This document shows, piece by piece, positions 25,960 to 38,014 of a DNA stretch of 64,000 nt. The DNA comes from Negaprion brevirostris (Eukaryota): assembly GCA_030324005.1 (NCBI GenBank), contig JARDVH010000146.1, positions 13,763,704-13,827,703 of the forward strand. Direction: 5' to 3'. Position numbers and translations under genes: made by a program. The first letter of the stretch is position 1. Each line of letters opens with the position of its first letter. The notes under the pieces were generated by a model. That model had not been told where the DNA came from. It saw nothing but the letters and a program-made list of their open reading frames with translations, and made no database searches.

Positions 25960-26320
25960 ATGCAGCAATGTATTGCATAAGCTTAAATTCACAAAGGGTA
26001 CAAGAAGTGCCTTCAAGGGTCAGAGAGGGAGCAGCAGGAAGAGGAGTTGGGGAGGGAGCAGCAGGAGAAAGAATTCGGGCAGGGGGCAGCAGGGTGGGGT
26101 CAACAGGAAGGAAGACAGTTGCTCCCACTCCTGCCACGGCATCCTGACTGTTACCTACAGCAGTGCTGTGACCAGTGAATGAAGAACCTAGAGATTCTAA
26201 CACTCGCTCAGCAGCTGCACCTATCACTTTGACCAGGACAAGAGTTTTGCATTGAGGGATTATCTTGGGGCACATCTTGTACCCTTCGTAAATTTAAGCT
26301 CATCCAGTATACCACTGCAT
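25960..26320. mobile_element. MITE-like non-autonomous DNA transposon with ~55 bp imperfect terminal inverted repeats
   Basis: Left arm atgcagcaatgtattgcataagcttaaattcacaaagggtacaagaagtgcc pairs with the reverse complement of the right arm, atgcagtggtatactggatgagcttaaatttacgaagggtacaagatgtgcc. Confidence 0.7.
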
Positions 26321-26860
26321 GAGAAAGCAGCAGAAGGGAGTTGCTGAGCATTAACAGTGGTGACAATTTATTCTTATATAATTATGGTTTTTCCCCTTTT
26401 TATATCTCAGGTTTTCACAATTATGCACAACAGACTCTGTTGTCCTGTAAACTAAATTGGTGATCAGCCTGTTATTTGACTTTGGAACCTCGATAGGTTA
26501 GATTTTGCACATCCCAATTTAATTGTTCCACCATTCCCAGCTGTACTTTCAGCTGCTTAAGCTGAAGATCTGGAATTGCATCGTAAAATCTCTCCACCTC
26601 CCAATCTCTTTCTCCTTTAAGACACTCCTGAAGAGCTACGTGGCATTGATATTTTGGCTTCTATCACTCCTGTGAAACACCTTGGGACATTTTGTTTGTT
26701 AAAGGTGCTATATGAATGCAGGTTGTTGTAAATGAAAGCACCAGTGGTGAATCCAACATATCAACAGAAAATCATTTTAAACTGTCACTCCCAGCAGAAA
26801 ATTGGTTGACTCCGCAGTGAAATTATTTGTGCACTGTGCTGATTGGATCTGTTTATCTGA

Positions 26861-26980
<120 letters not shown>

Positions 26981-27659
26981 TGAGTTCATTCTTCTGTGAA
27001 CGTCTGTCTCAGTGCTCTCTTTCTCTCTCTCTCCTCCCCCACCCACCATGTTGAGGTGATAATTGTAGTGTAGAGTGAGTGGGCCCCATGATGTAGCAGT
27101 GTGATTACAACATGCATATAATGTTTAATGGGACATAAATGGGTTGTTAATAGGCAAAACTGTGATGGATGCCATTCAATATGGTTAAGTGTGAAGTAAT
27201 CCACTTTGGATTTTAAACATTTGATTTTCTGTATGGTGAAAAGCTAGGAGCAGTGGAGGAACAGAAAAAAATTACAAGTGCAAGTACAGAAATACTAAAG
27301 TAATCTCTGGATTATTGCCTAAATTACAAGCAAATTGGTATAGGGGAAGTAAAATTAGAGAGTTGGGTTTGTGGCTCAAAGACTGGTGGGAGAAATAGAT
27401 TTCAATTCATGGGCCACTGTCACCCGTAATGAGGGAGGTGGTGATCTTTACCTGAACCATGCTAGGTTCTGGGGTGTCTTTGGACAAGGATGGTAGAAAA
27501 ATGGGGGTGATTGGATGGGGTGGTGAGGGATTGTGTGAGAGGAGATGTAAAATAAAAAGAAAAGGCGAGGCAATAGAGCAGGGTAGCAACATTGAAGTGA
27601 TATCCAGAATGGGGCAGGAAGGAAGTATAAAAGTGCAGATAAGGCTGGAGTTTACAAGA

Positions 27660-29215
27660 ATCATGAAAATACATATTTAAAGGCTCTTTATCTGAATGCA
27701 TGCAGCATTTGTAACAGAATGGATGAATTGATAGCACAAACAGAAATAAATACATATGACCTGATGGCCATTTCAGAGATGTATTTACAAGGTAACCAAG
27801 GCTAGCACCTAAATACTGATATTTCTCAAGGACAGGAAGCTAAGTAAGACGGTGGGGTAATTCTGTTAATTAAGGATGACAGTGCAGTAGTAATAGATGA
27901 CCTTAGTTCAGAAGATCAGGATATGGAATCAGTTTGGGTACAGATAAGAAATAGCAGAGGTAGGATAAAAGCAAATTACTACGGATGCTGGAATCTGAAA
28001 CCAAAGCTTTGACAAAGGGTCATCTGGACTCGAAGCATTAGCTCTTTTCTCTCCTCACAGATGCTGCCAGACCTGCAGAGATTTTCCAGCATTTTCTCTT
28101 TTGATAGCAGAGGTAGGAAGTCACTTGTGGGAATAGTTATTTAGGCTCCCTAACAAACCTACACTGTAGAATAGAGTAGGAAAAAAAATGGGGTTTGTAG
28201 GGAAATCTGGAATAATTACGTGTGATTTTATTCTCATATGGATTGGGCAAATCAGTTTGACAAAGGGAGCCTGGAAAATGAGTTCATAGAATATATTCTG
28301 GACAATTTCTTAAGAGCAGTACATTCTAATACCATCCAGGGAGCAGGCTATTTCAGATATGATGATATGGAATAAGATAAAATTAATTAATAACCTCCTA
28401 GTAAAAGGTAGCAGTGATCATGACATGAGAAAATTTTTCATTCAGTTTGAGGGCGAATTCAATTTGGGGTAATTCTGTTAATTAAGGATGACAGTACAGT
28501 AGTAATAGATGACCTTAGTTCAGAAGATCAGGATATAGAATCAGTTTGGCACAGGTAAGAATAGCAGAGCGAATACTGGAATCTGAAACCAAAAGAGAAA
28601 ATGCCAGAAAACTTCTGAGACTAGTGTCTTAAAGTTAATTCCACCAGTTTGAGGACAGAGTTGGCTAAAGTGAGCTAGGCAAATAGATTAAATGGGAAGA
28701 CAGTAGTAAAAACAATGGCACATATTTAAGGAGATGTCTCACAACTCTCAGCAAGGACATATTTCACTGAATAAGAAAAGTTATGAGAAGGATACACCAT
28801 TCATGGTTAAACTAATAAAGAATAGAATCAAATTGAAAGAAAAGGTGTATAATACTGCAAGGATTGATGGTGGGTCAAAGGATTGAATTTAAGAACTAGC
28901 AAAGAGTGACTAAAACATATGAGAAGAAAGTAATTAGTGTATGAGTGAAAACTAACTAGAAATATAGAATCAGTTGCTACGTGTATTTAAAATAGAAAAG
29001 AGTAACTAAAGTGAGCATTGGTCCTTTAGAGGGTGGGACTAAAATTAATAATGGGAAACAAGGAAATTGAAACATTGAAGAGATTTGTGTTTGATTTCAC
29101 TGTAGAAGACACAAAATCATCACAAGACCACTGGAAAAGAGCTAAAAGGGAGGGAGAAACTTAAAGCAATCATTAGGGAAAACAGACTGGAAAAAGTATT
29201 AAAACTAAAGGTTGA
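27660..29215 (+). mobile_element. Old CR1 LINE, endonuclease half (continues at 31079)
   Basis: Remnants such as YDLMAISE, ESVWVQIRN and GSSDH. Breaks off at aactaaaggttga. Confidence 0.75.
27966..28103. mobile_element. Penelope-like short insertion with an internal inversion and a 15-bp target-site duplication
   Basis: atagcagaggtagga flanks both sides (27951-27965 and 28104-28118). A hammerhead-like core lies at 28006-28042. Confidence 0.75.
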
Positions 29216-29219
29216 TTTG

Positions 29220-29393
29220 GGGCGGCATGGTGTCACAATAGCTCTGCTGCCTCACAGCTCCAGCGACCCAAGTTGAATTCTGGCCTTGGGTTACTGTCAG
29301 TGTGGAGTTAGCACATTCTGTGTCTGTACCAGTTTTCTCCCACAGTCCAAAGGTGTGCAGGTTAGGTGGTTTGGCCGTGTTAAATTGTCCCTT
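29220..29393 (+). mobile_element. HE1-like SINE head (tail displaced to 30945-31078)
   Basis: ggcggcatggtgtcacaatagc...gttaggtggtttggccgtgttaaattgtccctt. Confidence 0.8.
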
Positions 29394-29394
29394 G

Positions 29395-29815
29395 GCATCC
29401 CAACTGGGACTTTTTTCTCTGAAGCACAAGAGGTTTGGGGTGACCTTATAGAGATCTGTAAAATAATGAGGGGCATAGACAAGGTACGTAGTCAATATCT
29501 TTTCCCAAAGGTAGGGGAGTCTAAAACTAGAGGGCATAGGTTTAAGGTGAGAGGGGAGAAGTACAAAAAGGTTCGGAGGGGCAACCTTTTTACACAGTTA
29601 GTGGTGAGTGTCTGGAACAAGCTGCTAGAGGTAGTAGTAGAGGCTGGTACAATTTTGTCTTATAACAAACGTTTAGACAGTTACATGGGTAAGATAGGTA
29701 TAGAGAGATATGGGCCAAACGTGGGCAATTGGGACTAGATTAGGGGTTAAAAAAAAAGGGTGGCATGGACAAGTTGGGCTAAAGACCTGTTTCCATGCTG
29801 TAAACCTCTATAACT
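29395..29815 (+). mobile_element. Younger CR1 3' end
   Basis: Encodes GDLIEICKIMRGIDKV...SKTRGHRFKVRGE...VSVWNKL, with tail cctgtttccatgctgtaaacctctat. Confidence 0.85.
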
Positions 29816-29819
29816 GAGC

Positions 29820-30143
29820 ATTACAGACTGACTCATCCCAAGGTTCCAGGACTATATGCTGAGAGACACACTTAGGTTTGGGACACCTGCAATAAAGACA
29901 CAATCGGGAAAGGCCACTATCTAAGCCTTTTAGCCTCAGTATACTTAGAGTCTGTAAACTGTGAAAAATCCCTCACAATGTTGGACATGTAACGAACATG
30001 GCAAATATTGACCATGATTGTAAATGATGTGAATAACCTACAGTCTTGGATGAAACTGATTAGTGTTGCACTTTATATAATGTTAACTTTGAACGGTCAC
30101 TCTTATAAATGTTGTGAATAAAGTATATTTTTAGGGGAAAAAA
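29820..30143 (+). mobile_element. Tx1/L1-clade LINE 3' end
   Basis: ORF2 C-terminal remnant (QDYMLRDTLRFG...GKATI*), followed by a 3' UTR ending gaataaagtatatttttaggggaaaaaa. Confidence 0.6.
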
Positions 30144-30204
30144 TGGCCCACCATGACCTAACTAATGGAGAAACCCAAAGGCCATTCCAACTCTGAAAAC
30201 AAAT

Positions 30205-30752
30205 AATAGCCATGAATCTCCCATTGCGACCCACAAGTTTTCTGTTGGGTCACAGTGGGAGACACATGTCTGTGGCCTTGAACAGGGATTTGTGCATGTG
30301 CTGGGAATGCAGGCACATCTCCCCGAGCCGGTGAACAGTCACTGGACAGACCACGCTGGAAATCTGTGGGAAGGCAGGTAAGATATTTAAATCCGTTTTA
30401 AATCTGTTTTAAATATGCATATCAGCTAATTATCGGGATCTTTCAGGTCCCAATCGAATCTCCCACCCCTTCAGGAATACTTCATTACGGCGGGGTTCAG
30501 ACTTGCTCTCCATGTTGGGGAAACCAGAGGGAGACCCTGCCAGAATGAAGGGGGAGCAATCGGGGCCCCTCCCCCAGGGCGCCGGGTGGTGGGGGGATGG
30601 TTCCTACTGGGCATGGACACCCTGACAGTGGCACCCTGTGCCCCTTGGCACTGCCCAAGAGGCAAGATGCCCATGCCCAGGGGGCACCTTGGCACTGCCC
30701 CTTGACAGAGCCAAAGGGACGGGGCCTATTGTGGGCAGGGCCTAGGTGCAAT
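30205..30752. repeat. GC-rich unclassified interspersed repeat with a terminal hairpin
   Basis: Sharp GC shift, tggcac/gtgcca-rich sequence, and an inverted repeat at 30211-30268. Confidence 0.5.
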
Positions 30753-31078
30753 NNNNNNNNNNNNNNNNNNNNNNNNNNNNNNNNNNNNNNNNNNNNNNNN
30801 NNNNNNNNNNNNNNNNNNNNNNNNNNNNNNNNNNNNNNNNNNNNNNNNNNNNTTAGGGATTTAAAAATGAAAGGGCGGCATGGACAAGTTGGGCCGAAGG
30901 GCCTGTTTCAATGCTGTAAACCTCTATGACTATCTATATATAGTTAGATGGGTTAGCTGTGGGAAATGTATGAGGTTATGGGAATAGGGAGAGAACCTGA
31001 GTCGGATACTCTGTCAGAAAGAAGGTGCAGACTCGATGTGCTGAATACTTCCTTCTGCATTGTAGGGATTCTATGATC

Positions 31079-32440
31079 TAGACCTGATGGCTTTCCTCCT
31101 ACAACTGGCTTCTAAGATGATAGATGAATTAGCTGTGATCTTCTAAAATTCTCTAGATTCTGAAAAATCACAAATGTGAGACTTCTATTCAAGAAAGGAG
31201 GGAGATAGAAAGCAGGACACTGTAGGCCAGTTAGCCTAACGTCAGTCATAGAAATTAAATTCTAGAATCCAATATTCGGAATGCAGTGGCAAGACATTTA
31301 GAAAACTGTAATACAATCTGGTAGAATCAACATGGTTTTGTGAAAGGAAAATTGTTTGCCTAATTTATTAGAGCATTAGAGTTCTTTGAGGAAGTAACAA
31401 GCAGTATTACTAAAGGGGAAACTGTAGTGTGGTGTACTAGAATTTCCAAAAGGCATTTGATTATCTGCTTCGTTGAAAATAAGAACTCATGGTGTAAGGG
31501 GTAGCACATTAACATAGATAATGAATTAGTTAGCTAACAGAAAGCAGAGTGTGGGAATGAGTGGGTCTTTTTCAGTTGGTAGCTAGATTTTCCAATGATA
31601 TGAAGACGGTAGAAATGACGGTAGGAAAGCAAGCTGTCAAGACCTGAAAGGGATTTAGACAGATCAAGTGAGTGGATTATAATTTGACAATGGAATATAA
31701 CATTGGAAAATGTGAACTTGTCCACTTTGGCTGGAAAAATAGGAAGGCATTACATTTGAATAGAGAGAGACCACAGAACTTTACGGTAAAGAGGAATCTG
31801 GTGTCCTGGCACACAAATCATAAAAAGTTGATATGCAGGTGCAGCAAGTGATTAGAAAGGCAAGTGGGATATTAGAGTTTGTTGCAAGGTAAATTGAGTG
31901 TGAAAGTAGGGAAGCTTTCTTGCAGCTGTACTAGGCCTTAATAGATCACACCTGGAGTTGTGTACGAATTTGGTCTCTTTATTTAGGAAAGGGTATAATT
32001 GCATCAGAAATGTTTCAGAGAAGGTTCACTTGACTAATTCCTGGGATGAAGGGGTTACCTTGTGAAGAAAGGTTATGCTGTCTGTGCCTACACTGATTGA
32101 AGTTTGGAAGATTGAGAAGTAAACTTAATGAAACGTGGGAGGATGCTGAGATGATGTTTAACCTTGTACGGGAGACGAACTAGGGGACACAGTTTAAAAA
32201 GAAATAGAGGTCTCCCATTTAAGACTGAGATAAGGAGAGTATTTTTCTCAGAGTCATTAGTCTGTGTGGAATTTTCTTCCCAGAATGCAGTGGCGGCTTG
32301 ATCATTGTATATCTTGAGTTAAACTTTTAATCATCAATGGAGCTGCGTTATAAGAGACAGGCAGGAAAATGGAGTTGAGGCCATGGCCATGAAAGTCATA
32401 ATCTTATCAAATGGCCAAGGAAACCTGAGAGATCAAACTC
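31079..32440 (+). mobile_element. Old CR1 LINE, RT half and 3' end
   Basis: Resumes at gacctgatggc. Remnants include FKKGGR.KAG..RPVSLTSV, QHGFVKGK and FQKAFD. Confidence 0.75.
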
Positions 32441-33357
32441 CTCCTTATCTGGGGAAGAGTCAAGTTATCTTAAAATGAGTGCAATGACAGTTATTTGACT
32501 GATTCCTGGAATGAGAGGGTTGTGCAATGAGCGGAGATCAAGTAGACTAGGCCTATATTCCCTGAGTTAAACAGAATAAGGGGAATTAATTGAAACATAT
32601 AAAATTATGAGGACTTGACAAAATTGATGCTGGGAAAATGTTTCCCCTTTGTTGGGGAGTCTGTAACTAAGAGACCATGTATAACTGGTTAGATGTTATT
32701 TCACCTGAAAGATGTGAATCTTTGGAATTTTCTATCAGAGGGAGCAGTTAGTAAGTATATTCAACTCAGAGATTGACCAATTTTTGGATACTAAGGGAAT
32801 CAAGGAAAATGGGGATTGTGTGAAAAGCTGTGGCTGAGTAGATCAACCTTGATCTTATTGAATGGTGGAGGAAGCCCAGAGGCTAAATAGCGTGCTCTCA
32901 CAAAGGGATAGGAATATTAAGGGGCGAGACTGATATTGATTTTGTATAAAGCTCTAATTAAAGCAGGCAACAGAGGCTGATTGAATTCCTCCTGTTTACA
33001 GGTATCTGGGGCCCTATCACGAGTGGGTGGGAATCTGAAGATTAGCTTGAAAATTGAGGCCGCTATGGTAGTTGTGCTATGTGCAGAAGAGGTGACACTC
33101 ATGTGAATTCAAGGAACTTTGCCTAAGTAGGAAATTTTTAGTGAGGAAAATGCTACAGAAAATAGCCAGTAGATGGCATTATCCACTCTCTAATCTTTTA
33201 TCTGCTGTGCCTTAAACCTATTGTGTGACACCAGCTGTAGCAATGAAACTTCAGTGTTATAAACAGCGTTCAGCTTGTGCTGAACAGCAGCTTAGGGAAC
33301 CAAGGCACTCGGTGCTACCTGTACACAACTTTCAATAGTAAGCAAGTGTCTCAATGA

Positions 33358-33680
33358 AAGAGATGCCGCCTTTTGGATGAGACTTTAAACAAAGGCCCCA
33401 TTTGCCCTCACAGATGAACATTAAAGATAGCTTGAACCTATTGCAAAGATGAGTGGAACATTCTCCCAATGTCTTGGCCAATATTTATCCCTCAGCCAAC
33501 GTCACAAATTGTCTGGCCATTTACCTCACTGGTCTTTGTGGGAACTTGCTGTTTTGAAATTGGCTGCTTACTTTTTTATATTACAACAGAGACTACACTC
33601 AAAAAATACTTTATTGTCTGTGAAGCACTTTAGGGCATCCTAAGGAGGTGAAGGTACTATACAAATGCAAGTTTTTTTCC
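33358..33680 (+). mobile_element. Deu-domain SINE (SacSINE1/AmnSINE1-like)
   Basis: ttttggatgagactttaaac...ttggccaatatttatccctcagccaac...aaattggctgc...tatacaaatgcaag matches the Deu-SINE core and L2-like tail as I recall them. Confidence 0.75.
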
Positions 33681-33999
33681 TTTACAGGAAGGTAAAATTA
33701 TAAAGCTGTGACCCTATAGTTATGGTTTGGAACATCCCAGCTGAGCTGAATAAAATTTTTTTTGGCAAATGGGGTTGATATTGTGAGGAAAAGATGAGGA
33801 TTGGAAATTAGTGTATTAATGAAATCTGCAAATCATTCATAGGCAAGTCTATGAAGCCCCTTGCAGTGTGGTTCACAGCCTCCACACTAATCGAGTCTAT
33901 TTATATGCAGAGAAACTGTTTAAATTATTGATGCAGTGCAATTCTGTTGTATATTCAAGTTCACTATGAACATTCAGTCCAAGTATATTCAAGTACATT

Positions 34000-36900
34000 C
34001 TACCGTTCATCATGACTGATCCATATCTTAATTCTTTTTACCTGTCTTGTATCCATATCTCTTAATAGCAAACAAATTAATCTCCAGTTTCTCATTTTCA
34101 GTTAACCAAGTTTCAACAGTTTTTGAGGGAGATGTTTCCAGATTTCTACCAGCTTGTATCCAAATATGTTTCCTGGCATTACTCCCTGTACACTCCAGCT
34201 CTAACTTTAAGGTTATGTCTCCTTACTTGGTACTCTCCCACTGGAGGAAATAGCACCTCTCTTTCTATCAATTCCTTTGATCATTTGAAATAACTTGTAT
34301 TCAAGGAAAGATAAGCCTAGTTGATGCGATCTGTCCTCATAGTTTAACTCTCATAACCTTGATATAATTCTAGTGAATATGCGCTGTAATCCCTCCAAGG
34401 TCAATATATGCATCCTAAGCTGTGTTTTCCAGAACTGAACTTGGTGTTCCGATTGGGGTCCAGCCAGAGTTTTATATAACTGTAGCATAAGAACATCACA
34501 AATTTCATAGGAACAGGAGTAAGATATATGGTCCTTTGAATGTCCTCCACCATTTAATAAGTACATTGTTAATTTTCTACCTCGCTGCACTTTCCTATGC
34601 TGTTCCAATACATTGTAATTCCCTTAGTATCCAAAAGTTTATTGATCTGTCAACCTTAGCTCCACTTTCTCGCCAGGTCCCCATATCTCTCGACTTTTTT
34701 AGAGTCCAAAAGTCTACCAATCTCCCTCTTGACTATATTGAATGACTGACCATCCACAATCCTCTTGAGGTGGAGGATTCAGAAGATTTGCAGCCTTTCA
34801 GGTGAAGGAATTTTTCATCCTAGTCCTCAGTCTCCTTATCCTGACACAATGCCCCTAATCCACAGCCACTGGAAATAGCCTCCCAGCATCTATCCTGTCA
34901 ACCTTCAGAATCTTGCATGTTTCACTTGCGATATAATTTTCATCCCTTTGCATCCTACTTTATAGAGTCATCCTTTGATGTAAAATCAGCATTCCATTAT
35001 AACTGATTTTTTTGTGATATCAGTACTTGGACTCTAAATATCTCTGCTCCTCCACAGTTTCCAGCTTCTTGCCATTTAGCAAACATTCTCATCCATCTTT
35101 TTTGATCCAGATTGGATGAGCACACACTTGGCCACACTGAACTTCATCTGCAAGGTTTTGCTAATTCACTATTGTTCAACATCCCTTTGCAGCTTTCTGC
35201 TTCCATCAATGCAGTTTACTTTGTAGACACAGAATTATGTACAATATTACAGCACAGAAACAGGCTATTCAGCCCATTCAGTCTGTGCCAGTGTTTGTAC
35301 TTCACACCAGTCTCCTCCCATTCCATTTACTTCATTTCAAACTTTCAGCGCCTCTTTGCTCTCATGTACTTTTTATTGGTTCCTTTTGAAAATATCGAAG
35401 CTTTTTGTTTCAGCCACTCTGGTGGTGAGCCCCATATTCCTGTCGTATTCTGAGTAAATAATTTCTCCATATTTTCCTGTTGGAACTATTAGTGACTGCC
35501 TTGTGTTTATGGCTCCCATAAGACTTTGGAGCAAAATTAGGCCACTCGGCTCCGCCTTTCAATCATGGCTGATTTTTTTGTTTTTCTCATCCCCATTCTC
35601 CTGCCTTTTCCCCATAACCCCTGATCGCCTTATCAATCAAAACCTATCTATCTCTATCTTAAAGACACTCAATCACCTGGCCTCCACAGCCTTGTGCAGC
35701 AAAGAGTTTCACAGATTCACCTCTCTCTGGCTGAAGAAATTTCTCCTCATCTCTGTGTTAAAGGATTGTCCCTTTAGCCTGAGATTGTGCCCTTTGGTTC
35801 TAGTTTTTCCTACAGTGGAAACATCCTCTCCAAGTCTACACTATCCAGGCCTCGCAGTATCCAGTAAATTCCAATAAGATCCTCCCTCATTCTTCTAAAC
35901 TCCAACGAACACAGACCCAGAATCCTCAACCATTCCTCATAAGACAAGCTCTTCATTCCAGGGATCATTCTTGTGAACCTCCTCCTGGAACCTTTCCAAG
36001 GTCAGCACATCCTTCCTTAGATATGAGGCCCAAAACTGCTCACGATACTCCCAATGGGGTCTGACTAGAGCCTTATAAAGCCTGAGAAGTACATCCCCAC
36101 TCTTGTATTCTAGCCCTCTCAACATGAATGCTAACAATGCATTTGCCTTCCTTACTGCTGACTAAACTTGCACATTAATCTTAAGAGAATCTTGAATAAT
36201 GATTCCCAAGACCCTTTGTGTTTCTGATTTCCTCAGAATAAGAACAGGAAATTGGAATTGGAGTAGACCATATGGCCTATCAAGCCTGCTGTGCCATTTA
36301 ATATGATGATGTCTCACCTTGGGCTTCAACTCCATTTCTCCTCTGCTCTCCAAATCTCTTAATTCTCGAAAAGACTAAATTCTGTCTCTCCCAGCCTTAA
36401 ACGATTTCACGAATGAAGTATTCACAACCCTCTAGAATAGAGACTGCCAAAGATTGATTATCATTTGAGTGAAGTAATTTTGTCTCATCTCAGTCCTAAA
36501 TGATCAGCCCCTTATCCTGAGATTGTGACTTTATTTTAGACCAATCAGTGGAAATGATCTGTGTTTACGCTATCTCTGCTCTTCAGAATTTTGTAGGTTT
36601 CAATGAAATCGCCACTTGTTCTTCTAAACTCCGAAGAACAATAAGTCCAATTTACTCAGCTTTTTGTCATTTACTTTCGGATTCTCCTACAAGTGGAAAC
36701 ATTCTTTGTGCATCTAGTCTGTGCAACTCAGTCATGATTTTAAAGACCTCTATTGGGTTCCCTCTAAGTATTTTCCAAAGGAAAAAACTGCAATCTTTCC
36801 CAATAGTTTTAATCTCTGTTGTGGCACCATCCTTGTAAATCGTTTTTGCATTTTCTGCAATGTTCCAAAGTCCTATTTATAGAATGCACTAGTCTTCGTG

Positions 36901-37990
36901 TGTGATCTGGCCAGAGTTCTACACAAGTTTAGTGTAACTTCATATATTTGAATTATATAACAAAACTTCACTATATTTGAATTATATAACACTAAAACTA
37001 AATGCCAGTACACTGTTAGCATTTTTAATTGCCTTGCTGGCTTGTGGTGCTGCTTTTAATTATTTCTTTCACCTGTAGCCTTAGATCCTTTCGCCTTCAT
37101 ACCCTGTTCATTTTTTTCAAATTTTCCATCTTGTTGGTGACATTTTTTCTGTCTTTCCTATCAAAGTGGATCACTTAACAATTATCCATGTTACAGTTCA
37201 TTTGCCACTTAAGTCTGCAAGTTATCTAAATTGTTTTATTTTGCATGTTGACTGTACCCTTCCCGCAGTTTGGTATTGTATGCAAAGCTTGGTGTTGAAT
37301 TAATTTATTTCTAAATTCAAATCCTGAATGTAAATTATGAATAACAGTTGTCCCAGTATTAATCCTTGTGGAAGACCGCTTGCTACCTTTCTCCAATCTG
37401 AATAATTACCCTTACCACTAATCTCTGCTTTCTATTTTTTAGCAAATTTGCAATTCATGCAGCTATTTATCCCAGACTTCACATGCCCTAATCTTTATCA
37501 TGAACCTACTATGTGGTACCTTATCGAAGATCTTTTGAAAGTCCAAGTATGCGGCATCTTCTGCATTACTCTTGTCTACTCTTTCCATTACCTCTTCAAA
37601 GAATTCTATCAGGTTAGTTAAGCAAAATATAACTTTTTTTGGAATCCACGCTGACCATTTTTATTTTATTTCCTGTCTCTATAAGTTCTTCTATCATTTT
37701 AGTGCAGACTCCTATTTCTTTCCAATCACTGACAGTTAATCGATCTATAATTCCTAAAGTTTGTTCATTTTCTCTTTTCGTATTTAAGAACAACATTATC
37801 TGCCTATCAGCCCTCTGGCAGGGCCTCCTCTTCTAGGGAACTTTTATATGTATAAATTAGCTTCTGCTAACTCCTCCCTAGTTTCCTCAAGTGTGCGGGT
37901 GCTTAACATCCATCCTGGGGTTGTGTCCTCTCTTGATTTTGCTAATTTATCCATAATTGTCTTCTTTCTATTCAAACTGTATTAATATTT
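34000..37990 (-). mobile_element. Cluster of nested minus-strand CR1 fragments of several ages (best preserved 35520-36230)
   Basis: ORF 35937-36137 reads LEYKSGDVLLRLYKALVRPHWEY...RKDVLTLER. There are repeated CR1 3' ends, and LDFQKIFDKVP remnants near 37520-37550. Confidence 0.75.
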
Positions 37991-38014
37991 GAAGCTCATC
38001 CTTTCATGGAATTT

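Noticed and set aside
36936-36991. ~29-bp tandem duplication (aacttca.tatatttgaattatataaca x2)
   Set aside because: Simple slippage duplication inside a decayed LINE.
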